From Gammaproteobacteria bacterium (GTDB lineage: Bacteria > Pseudomonadota > Gammaproteobacteria > Arenicellales > JAJDZL01), in NCBI GenBank assembly GCA_022823405.1, contig JAJDXD010000116.1, positions 281 through 64,280 on the forward strand: a stretch of 64,000 nucleotides of DNA, given 5' to 3'. The notes under the pieces were generated by a model. The model had not been told where the DNA came from. It worked only from the letters and a program-made list of their open reading frames with translations, and did no database searches. Shown one piece after another: positions 56,298 to 64,000 of this stretch; the first letter of the stretch is position 1; every line of letters starts with the position of its first letter. A program made the position numbers and the translations under genes.

Positions 56298-57152
56298 ATG
56301 AAACCGCCCGGACATCTATACATCGTCGCAACGCCGATTGGCAATCTCGCTGACATCTCCGCGCGAGCGTTGGAAGTGCTGAAAAAGGTTGATGTCATCG
56401 CCGCTGAGGACACTCGGCAAAGTCGTAAACTGTTGAATCATTTTGGCATCAAGACCCCAGTGATAGCACACCATCAGCACAACGAAACCAAAAGTGCACT
56501 CAAACTGCATCAGCGCTTGCTTAATGGAGAGAGCGTCGCACTGGTCTCTGATGCCGGCACACCACTTGTTTCCGATCCCGGTGCCACCTTGGTCAAATCT
56601 GCGCATGAGAATGGCATTCGTGTTATTCCAATCCCTGGCGCCAGTGCCGTGAGCAGCGCTCTTTCAGTGTGCGGACTTAAAATTCGTCAGTTTCACTTTG
56701 AAGGCTTTCTACCATCGCGTTCGGGTGATCGAAAACGACGCATACGTCAGTTGTCAGAACTCGACAGTGCACTTGTTTTCTTCGAAGCCCCCCATCGAAT
56801 TGTTGCCTCACTGGAGGATCTGACTGACGCACTTGGCAGTGCTAGGGAGGTTTGCATTGCAAGAGAAATGACAAAGGTCTATGAAAGCATCCGGGTTGGC
56901 AAGCTTGGAGTTATCACCGAACAGGTTCGCGAAAATACCAACGAAATCAAGGGTGAATTCGTAATCATTGTTGGTCCCGCATCTCGTTCAAAACGCGAAA
57001 TCGATAAGCAGATCGATCAGACTCTCAATATTCTGATGGAAGAGTCATCACCTCGCAAGGCTGCTGAAATTACTGCCAGAATTTTTGGTGTCAGACGCAA
57101 TCTGCTATACCAACGAACTCTTGAACTGCAGACTGAGGCTGAAAAAAGTTAG
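56298..57152 (+). CDS. rsmI: 16S rRNA (cytidine1402-2'-O)-methyltransferase
   Basis: LYIVATPIGNLADIS...IAAEDTR and SDAGTPLVSDPG motifs. Length 284 aa. Confidence 0.9.
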   Translation: MKPPGHLYIVATPIGNLADISARALEVLKKVDVIAAEDTRQSRKLLNHFGIKTPVIAHHQHNETKSALKLHQRLLNGESVALVSDAGTPLVSDPGATLVKSAHENGIRVIPIPGASAVSSALSVCGLKIRQFHFEGFLPSRSGDRKRRIRQLSELDSALVFFEAPHRIVASLEDLTDALGSAREVCIAREMTKVYESIRVGKLGVITEQVRENTNEIKGEFVIIVGPASRSKREIDKQIDQTLNILMEESSPRKAAEITARIFGVRRNLLYQRTLELQTEAEKS

Positions 57153-57382
57153 CTGCAATATCAATTGATCACTCATTCTGGTTGGAGCGTTAGAACCAGA
57201 CGCGGCAAATACAGCAAATTTAAACGCAAGAAGAGAAGTAACTCACTCTCAAATTTACACATCCTGTGAGGTATACGTTTGAGACCGTCTGTCGGCGGTA
57301 GAGGCGTTGTCGATCGTTGTTACTGTAATTCAAAAATTGGGAATGATAAAGAGAACTGCAAGACCCGCCATTTTCAGAATAA

Positions 57383-57720
57383 AATCGGCATCGGTTCGAG
57401 AGGAGCATCGATGAGCGACTGATCAATCTCCCGAGATGTGAAACGATTCTATGGAACTTTCAGAAAGCACAATAGTGTCGCACCCACAAATGTTGTTTTG
57501 ACATCACTCTACGATGTGGTCGAATTCGAGAGCTACACCATGCGCAGGTTATCGAATGGCAGCGCATGCGGCTATGTCAGCGGTGAGGCGAAAATTCGAT
57601 TGGAAGAGATTGAGGAAGGCTGTGAACTATTCTATGACACCGACATCAAAAAGGGCAGGAGGATTGATGAGTAGTGCAGTGAAAAATTTGTTGCTGTAGT
57701 TATGAGTCGTTTTTCGAGCA
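57383..57720 (+). pseudogene. Possible decayed CoxG/SRPBCC-like gene (several frame changes); boundaries approximate
   Basis: Three frames carry consecutive CoxG-like pieces. They are SIDERLINLPRCETI, then YGTFRKHNSVAPTNVVLTSL...GSACGYVSGEAKIRLEEIEEGCELFYDTDIK, then AGGLMSSAVK / EKFVAVV. The comparison is to a consensus recalled from memory. Confidence 0.3.
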
Positions 57721-57835
57721 AATGGAAAGTTCGAACGAACCTGAATAGGATACCGAATGAAATCATTGGCAACTGATGCGCACCCGCATAATACGCTTGA
57801 AGTTGCTGCCATAAACCACATTTTGGAAGTTTGTC

Positions 57836-58663
57836 ATGACTGAGAATCGCGAATACGCAATGGGACGAAGCAAAGAGGAAACGAACCGGCTGATAGAGCA
57901 ATCCCAGCTCTACGACCGAGTGACCCGACGTTTTCTTCATGAAACCGGACTCGGTGCCGGAATGAAAGTCTTGGACATTGGAAGCGGCGCTGGGGATGTT
58001 GCCTTGACTGCGGCCGAAATTGTCGGGCCATCGGGGTGTGTAGTTGGCGTTGACATGAATCCCGAAATTTTGGTTACCGCCAGGGAAAGAGCGACGGCGC
58101 TTGGTTATGCACACGTCGAATTTGTCGCAGGCGATGCATCGGAAGTCGAGCTGGACTCCGATTTCGATCTGATCGTCGGACGGCTTGTCCTGCTATACAT
58201 CCCTCAGCCAGTCGATTTGATTAGAAAACTTGTCACCCGCCTGAAGCCGGGTGGAACAGTGGCGTTTCAGGAACCCGCTTTGAGTTTTTATCGTGCGTTG
58301 ACCAGCGACGAAACCCCATTACTCAACAATATGATCGAGTGGGGATTGGGTGTGTTCGAACATACCGGTGCCAACATCAATATGGGTTTCGATCTGTTTG
58401 GCGTTTTCACAGAGGCTGGGCTGCCAGCTCCAAGTCTTGACTATCATGCGCCAATGGGTGGGCCTGAAGATTGGCCAGGCTATGAGTATCTTGCAGCCAG
58501 CTTCAGAAGCTTGTTGCCATTGATTGAGAAATTCGGCTTGGCAACGGCAGAAGAAATTGACGTTGACACTCTAGCGAACAGATTGTTCAAAGAAGTCAAC
58601 GATACAAAACGTCCGTTGATGCTACCACCGCACATTACAGCAATTTCGCGAACTCACAGCTGA
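57836..58663 (+). CDS. Class I SAM-dependent methyltransferase
   Basis: Motif I VLDIGSGAGDVAL, with the post-I acidic residue in VGVDMN. Length 275 aa. Confidence 0.75.
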   Translation: MTENREYAMGRSKEETNRLIEQSQLYDRVTRRFLHETGLGAGMKVLDIGSGAGDVALTAAEIVGPSGCVVGVDMNPEILVTARERATALGYAHVEFVAGDASEVELDSDFDLIVGRLVLLYIPQPVDLIRKLVTRLKPGGTVAFQEPALSFYRALTSDETPLLNNMIEWGLGVFEHTGANINMGFDLFGVFTEAGLPAPSLDYHAPMGGPEDWPGYEYLAASFRSLLPLIEKFGLATAEEIDVDTLANRLFKEVNDTKRPLMLPPHITAISRTHS

Positions 58664-58898
58664 TCTGCGGAATGGTCTGAATGAAACATGAATTTCGCGC
58701 CAGAACATTGGAACACTGGATTGATTGCCGCAAGTACTTTTGGTAATTTTGAGGGTGTAAACTCCTCCGGTCAAAAACATTCAGTTCCGGATATCGCTCA
58801 TTTGTGATTGCACAGTCAAAGGGAGAATAAATTCGTCGTGTGAAGCGCGGTAGCATCTGATGACATTTCTGGTGTGCAGTAAAATTTAATTTTGATGA

Positions 58899-59276
58899 AA
58901 AGAGCTGGTTGGGCAGTCGCCTGGATTGCGGTTCAGGAGGAAAGTCCGGGCTCCAGGGGCAAGGTGCCAGGTAACGCCTGGGCGGCGTGAGCTGACGGAA
59001 AGTGCAACAGAAAATATACCGCCTGGCGATTTCGTTCAGACTCTGGACGGTTTAGGCAGGTAAGGGTGAAATGGTGTGGTAAGAGCGCACCGCGATTTCG
59101 GTAACGAAATCGGCATTGTAAACCCCACCTGGAGCAAGACCAAATAGAAGTCCGATAACGCAGCCCTCGTTGGACTTGGGTAGGTCGCTTGAGCCTCGCA
59201 GTGATGTGAGTCCTAGATAAATGGCTGCCATCGATTGCTAAATCGTACAGAACCCGGCTTATAGACCGGCTCTTTT
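58899..59276 (+). ncRNA. rnpB: RNase P RNA, bacterial type A
   Basis: Universally conserved blocks GGAGGAAAGTCCGGGCTCC, GGTGCCAGGTAACGCCTGGG, GGAAAGTGCAACAGAAA, GGTAAGGGTGAAA and ACAGAACCCGGCTTA. P1 pairs AAGAGCTGGT with ACCGGCTCTT. Ends are accurate to within a few nt. Confidence 0.92.
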
Positions 59277-59518
59277 CTCCTCCCCCAGTAATTGCATATA
59301 GTAAAATTGAGGCACCGCCTCAAGTTTCGAGTCGCTACATTCTGTTGCACGAATTGACGGAGAATTAGTGCCGATTTGATCGGCAATGGGGGATGGATTC
59401 GTTTCGTACGGCGACCTTCAAACAGTCACTTTCTGATTGCGCGTTTTACGCGTTTTATTTTTATCTTGAGCGCGATCGGAATTGATTCGAGCAACACCAT
59501 AAAGAGGAGTACTAGTCG

Positions 59519-61198
59519 GTGTTACAGGTAAAAAGTGATATAGAAATCGCCCGCGAGGCAACTATGAAGCCCATCAGGGAAATTGGTGGACAGCTGAATA
59601 TCCCGAACGAAGCCCTGATTCCATACGGACATACAAAGGCAAAAATCGATCTTGACTATATTGATTCGCTCAATGATCAACCAGATGGCAAGTTAATTCT
59701 AGTCACTGCCATCACTCCCACCCCTGCAGGCGAAGGCAAAACGACAACCTCCGTCGCTTTGGGTGACGCCCTCAATCGCATCAACAAAAATGCCATGATG
59801 TGTCTAAGAGAGCCTAGTCTCGGACCCTGTTTCGGTATGAAAGGCGGCGCGGCCGGAGGAGGCTACGCACAGGTTGTTCCGATGGAAGACATCAACCTTC
59901 ACTTTACCGGTGATTTTCACGCCATCAGTGCTGCCCATAATCTGCTGTCAGCATTGGTTGACAACTCAATTTATTGGGGTGCTGAATCAAATCTTGACAG
60001 TCGGCGCGTTACCTGGCGACGCGTCGTCGATATGAATGATCGAGCGCTGCGACAGATTACCTGTTCCTTGGGAGGCGTTGCCAATGGCTTCCCTCGGGAA
60101 AGCGGCTTCGACATTACGGTTGCCAGCGAAATTATGGCGATATTCTGTCTTGCTAACAGCCTTTCGGACCTGGAAGCAAGGCTAGGCAGAATCAACGTCG
60201 GCTATCGACGCGACCGTTCCGCAGTCACAGCAAGCGACGTGAAAGCCCAAGGACCGATGACCGTGCTGCTCAAAGATGCTTTCGCACCGAACCTGGTACA
60301 GACTCTGGAGAATAACCCGGCGTTTATTCACGGTGGTCCATTTGCTAACATTGCCCATGGCTGCAATTCCGTGATTGCAACCCGCACCGCCCTTAAACTG
60401 TCAGATTACGTGGTAACTGAAGCCGGATTTGGCGCCGACCTGGGAGCCCAGAAATTTTTTGATATCAAGTGTCGCTCAGCAGGACTGAATCCGTCGGCAG
60501 TAGTTCTCGTCGCCACAATCCGGGCACTCAAAATGCATGGTGGTGTTGCAAAGTCTGACCTTCAAACGGAGAATGTGGCAGCTGTTGAATCAGGATGTGT
60601 CAATCTCCAACGCCATCTGTCAAACGTTGCCAAATACGGCTTGCCAGCGGTCGTTGCGATAAACCGGTTTGTCTCGGATACTGATGCAGAAGTTGAAGCC
60701 GTTAGACAGAGCTGTGCTGAATTCGGTGTTGAAGCGATTGAGTGCACTCACTGGTCAGATGGCGGTGCTGGTGCCGAGCAGCTCGCAAACAAAGTCGTTG
60801 ATATAGTTGACTCCAGTGAGTCCAGTTTCAAGTTGCTGTATGAAAACGAAATGCCGCTTGAGGAGAAAATTCGCACTACGGCAAGAGAAATCTACCGTGC
60901 CTCAGATATTGCAGTGGAAAGCAAGGCTGCAAGCTTTCTTACTCAGCTTCAGGGAACTGGATTTGGACACCTGCCAGTCTGCATGGCGAAGACGCAGTAC
61001 AGTTTCTCTGTCGATCCGACCAAAACTGGCGCACCCGAGGGACATGTCGTACCGGTCCGTGAAGTCAGACTTCTCGCAGGTGCGGGATTTGCTGTTGCAA
61101 TTTGCGGTGACATCATGACCATGCCGGGGCTTCCCCGCGTTCCAGCAGCCAATTCGATTCACTTGGGTAGCAGCGGTCAAATCGAGGGACTGTTCTGA
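59519..61198 (+). CDS. fhs: Formate--tetrahydrofolate ligase
   Basis: SDIEIA N-terminus and [13 protein letters not shown]-loop. Length 559 aa. GTG start with an AAGAGGAG Shine-Dalgarno about 10 nt upstream. Confidence 0.92.
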   Translation: MLQVKSDIEIAREATMKPIREIGGQLNIPNEALIPYGHTKAKIDLDYIDSLNDQPDGKLILVTAITPTPAGEGKTTTSVALGDALNRINKNAMMCLREPSLGPCFGMKGGAAGGGYAQVVPMEDINLHFTGDFHAISAAHNLLSALVDNSIYWGAESNLDSRRVTWRRVVDMNDRALRQITCSLGGVANGFPRESGFDITVASEIMAIFCLANSLSDLEARLGRINVGYRRDRSAVTASDVKAQGPMTVLLKDAFAPNLVQTLENNPAFIHGGPFANIAHGCNSVIATRTALKLSDYVVTEAGFGADLGAQKFFDIKCRSAGLNPSAVVLVATIRALKMHGGVAKSDLQTENVAAVESGCVNLQRHLSNVAKYGLPAVVAINRFVSDTDAEVEAVRQSCAEFGVEAIECTHWSDGGAGAEQLANKVVDIVDSSESSFKLLYENEMPLEEKIRTTAREIYRASDIAVESKAASFLTQLQGTGFGHLPVCMAKTQYSFSVDPTKTGAPEGHVVPVREVRLLAGAGFAVAICGDIMTMPGLPRVPAANSIHLGSSGQIEGLF

Positions 61199-61228
61199 CA
61201 CATTCCTAACCAACCGGGGGCTGCACTG

Positions 61229-63004
61229 GTGGCCATTCGATATCGAAACGAAGAACAAATCCGCGCAACACCGTTTCACCCGCGGCTTTTTGGAACTCAC
61301 TGCGCGATAACCAGCGAACACTATTTGGCTGCCAACGCCGGCGCTGACATATTAAAAGCGGGTGGCAACGCGGTCGATGCAGCTGTAGCCGCTGCTTTCG
61401 TCGAGGGTGTAGTCAACCCGCATCAGCATACCTTGTGTGGTGAATGCCCCATGCTGATTCAAATGGCTGATCGAAATCAGCCCGTGGTTATCAATGGCAA
61501 TACCATGGCACCGGCTGCTGCCAATGTTGATGCCTATCGGCAGCGTGGACTGAATGATGTCCCCGATGTCGGAATTCTGGCAGCTGGGGTGCCGGCAGCA
61601 TTTGGCGCTCTGACAGTGGCACTTGAAAACTTCGGCACGCTTTCTTTGGCAGAGATTTGCCACGCCGCTCTCAAGCTTGCCAGAGATGGATTTCCAACTC
61701 ACCGCGGCCTATTGAACATGGCAGACTTTGGCGTTCATGAAAATGCAACCCGATTTCGCCAAGACTACCCAAACACTGCTGAGATTTACTTACCGCAAGG
61801 GAATGTTCCATCTCCTGGACAACTGCTCCGTAACCCGGCACTTGCCGACCTGCTGCAGACACTCGTTTCAACTGAAACGGCTGCTCGCGGTTCTCGGGAA
61901 AAAGGCATTGAAGCCGCCCGCAGTGAGTTTTATCGAGGGGATATCGCCACAGAAATTGCACGGCACTCAAAAGAACGCGACGGGTTTCTAGTTCGAAAAG
62001 ACTTAGAAGCTTTCGAAACCCGAATTGAACATGCAGTTTCAGTCAGATTTGATCACTTTGAGGTTTTCAAGTGCGGCCCGTGGAACCAGGGACCGGTATT
62101 GCTTCAGGCGCTGTCCATCTTGAAAAATCTGTCACTCCGGTCCATGGCACATAACCAGGCAGATTATCTGCACACGGTGATCGAAGCCGTGAAGTTGGCC
62201 TTTGCTGATCGCGAGCAGTGGTACGCAGATCCGAAGCATGTGAACGTACCCATTGCCTTACTATTAGACGACGTCTACGGCAAAATGCGCACTGAACTGA
62301 TTGATTCGCGGCGTGCGAATGCAGAAGTTCGACCGGGTAATCCATTTGACGGTAAGCCTTTGCTGCCGGCTGAAAAACGTCTAGGCGGCAAATCCTGGGG
62401 ACATGGCACGGTACACGTCGATGCCATTGATCGCGAAGGTAACATGGTTTCCGCCACACCAAGCGGTGCGTGGCTTAAGTCTTCAGAAGTCGTCAAAGCA
62501 CTTGGTGTACCACTCGGCAATCGGCTGATGACCTTCTATCTGACACCTGACAACCACCCCAACGTCGTTGCACCTCATAAACAGCCGCGTACAACAATCA
62601 GCCCGACGCTTGTCTACCGCAGTGGAAAACCGTGGATGGTGTACGGTAGCATGGGAGGCGATCAACAGGATCAGTGGATGCTGCAATTCCTTCTGAACCG
62701 TACGGTGTTTGACATGACCATCGCTGAGTCGATAGAAGCACCTAAATTTTCCAGTCAGAATGCGCCTGGGTTCTTCGCACCGCATGAGCGAATTCCAAAT
62801 CATGTCAATTTGGAACGAAGTATCGGTGAGTCAGTTATCGCTGAGCTGGAAAGCCGCGGTCATGAAGTCAGTATTGTTCCTGACTGGACCGAGGGCTTTT
62901 TGCTGGCAATCGAACGAGATGCAAATACGGGATTGCTCGAAGCCGGCTACGACCCGCGCGGCGCCAAGGGGGATGTTTTTCCTGCGGCTGCCTACTGCTG
63001 GTAG
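61229..63004 (+). CDS. Gamma-glutamyltransferase family protein (second, divergent paralogue)
   Basis: ADILKAGGNAVDAAVAAAF N-terminal region, nucleophile region HGTVHVDAIDREGNMVSATPS and GSMGGD. Length 591 aa. GTG start. Confidence 0.75.
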   Translation: MAIRYRNEEQIRATPFHPRLFGTHCAITSEHYLAANAGADILKAGGNAVDAAVAAAFVEGVVNPHQHTLCGECPMLIQMADRNQPVVINGNTMAPAAANVDAYRQRGLNDVPDVGILAAGVPAAFGALTVALENFGTLSLAEICHAALKLARDGFPTHRGLLNMADFGVHENATRFRQDYPNTAEIYLPQGNVPSPGQLLRNPALADLLQTLVSTETAARGSREKGIEAARSEFYRGDIATEIARHSKERDGFLVRKDLEAFETRIEHAVSVRFDHFEVFKCGPWNQGPVLLQALSILKNLSLRSMAHNQADYLHTVIEAVKLAFADREQWYADPKHVNVPIALLLDDVYGKMRTELIDSRRANAEVRPGNPFDGKPLLPAEKRLGGKSWGHGTVHVDAIDREGNMVSATPSGAWLKSSEVVKALGVPLGNRLMTFYLTPDNHPNVVAPHKQPRTTISPTLVYRSGKPWMVYGSMGGDQQDQWMLQFLLNRTVFDMTIAESIEAPKFSSQNAPGFFAPHERIPNHVNLERSIGESVIAELESRGHEVSIVPDWTEGFLLAIERDANTGLLEAGYDPRGAKGDVFPAAAYCW

Positions 63005-63013
63005 AAGAGTGCT

Positions 63014-63895
63014 CTAAACGTGCGGAACTTGAATGCCATTTTGAAGGCAGGCAGCTCGAAGCGTATTCTGCAATAAACAGGCAATGGTCATGGGACCCAC
63101 ACCACCTGGAACCGGTGTAATGGCACCGGCAACTTCCGAAGCCTCCTGATAGTCAACATCACCGACTAATCGCGTTTTGCCACCATCACCTTCGATTCGA
63201 TTAATGCCAACATCGATCACAGTCGAACCAGGTTTAATCCAGTCGCCCTTAACCATTTCTGGCCGTCCGACAGCAGCGATCAAAATGTCAGCCTGGCGAC
63301 AGACATCATCAAGATTTCGGGTGCGTGAATGAGCGATCGTAACGGTGCAATGTTCTCTTAGAAGCAGTGCAGCAAGCGGTTTTCCGACAATATTCGATCG
63401 ACCAACAATAACAGCATTGCAGCCAGTCAGGTCATTCAGGTAAGACTTTAGCAAAAAAATGCAACCGACCGGGGTGCAGGGAACAAGACCATCCAGTCCA
63501 ACAGTCAAACGACCTGCATTCATGACATGAAAACCATCCACATCCTTGTTGGGATCGATCGTGCTGATCACCTTGTCAGAGTCAATTTGATCAGGAAGCG
63601 GCAACTGAACCAGAATTCCATTCACAGACGGGTCTGCGTTCAGATGTTCCACCAAATTGAGCAACTCTTCCTCGGAAACTTCAGCAGAGAGCCGGTGACA
63701 GTATGAATTCATTCCAGCATTGGCGGTCTGTATAATTTTGTTTTTCACGTAGACTTGGCTTGCGGGATTTTCCCCAACCAGTACGACAGCGAGACCTGGG
63801 GTAGTCTCGTGTTGGGAACGAAGCAAGGTAACCTGTTCAGTTACGCTCTCACGCAATTGCGCTGAAATGGTTTTTCCGTCAATGATGTGGGCCAT
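63014..63895 (-). CDS. folD: Bifunctional methylenetetrahydrofolate dehydrogenase/cyclohydrolase
   Basis: IIDGK...[24 protein letters not shown] and [11 protein letters not shown] motifs. Length 293 aa. Confidence 0.92.
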   Translation of the reverse strand: MAHIIDGKTISAQLRESVTEQVTLLRSQHETTPGLAVVLVGENPASQVYVKNKIIQTANAGMNSYCHRLSAEVSEEELLNLVEHLNADPSVNGILVQLPLPDQIDSDKVISTIDPNKDVDGFHVMNAGRLTVGLDGLVPCTPVGCIFLLKSYLNDLTGCNAVIVGRSNIVGKPLAALLLREHCTVTIAHSRTRNLDDVCRQADILIAAVGRPEMVKGDWIKPGSTVIDVGINRIEGDGGKTRLVGDVDYQEASEVAGAITPVPGGVGPMTIACLLQNTLRAACLQNGIQVPHV

Positions 63896-64000
63896 AATTC
63901 GTCGCGAATAATTAGTTCATGAGTCCAGATTTAGAAAATTTGGCAAAAAATTTTATATTTTTATGCTTGGTCCTTTAGTCTAAATTTCTGAGTTTCAATC

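Noticed and set aside
57632-58114. A 160-aa minus-strand ORF
   Set aside because: It overlaps the well-supported SAM methyltransferase gene on the opposite strand and has no motifs.
1-64000. Mobile-element signatures (integrase, transposase, IS inverted repeats, tRNA-adjacent att sites) flanking the three low-GC insertions
   Set aside because: No such genes or terminal repeats were found by eye. The two tRNAs (36683, 53267) are not adjacent to any of the insertions. Direct-repeat searches over this length need a computer.

Overview
This 64-kb window looks like a chromosomal segment of a gammaproteobacterium. The lineage call rests on rsmI<>lpoA-BON synteny, ccmABCD, erpA, rppH, envC and rplM-rpsI. 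About 55 protein genes are mostly housekeeping, and hand-counted 60-nt samples of housekeeping sequence give roughly 55-62% GC. I also call two tRNAs (Gln-CUG, Gly-CCC) and RNase P RNA. I found no CRISPR array, rRNA, integrase or transposase. Three lower-GC insertions (35-47% in spot counts) stand out. (1) 11.9-17.4 kb is a translationally coupled gene pair: an AAA_14/DUF4143 ATPase-nuclease followed by a 1,407-aa STAND-like NTPase with a C-terminal PD-(D/E)xK nuclease signature. A perfect TATAAT box abutting a 34-bp near-perfect palindrome sits just upstream. This is my best candidate for an undescribed defence system. (2) 0.04-4.9 kb encodes a 1,215-aa SF1 helicase with a Vsr/DUF559-like nuclease and a ~620-aa unknown N-terminal region, followed by an AbiGi/DUF2971-like protein. 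(3) 34.5-35.5 kb is an orphan NPPW DNA methyltransferase between msbA and rplM. Other points of interest are a cobalt-type nitrile hydratase with its beta subunit split into two coupled ORFs plus an accessory protein, an 850-aa OmpA-anchored coiled-coil protein built from nine 84-bp tandem repeats, an apparently frameshifted ccmD, a decayed CoxG-like remnant, and a structured fhs leader. All family assignments rest on motifs read by eye; no database search was possible.
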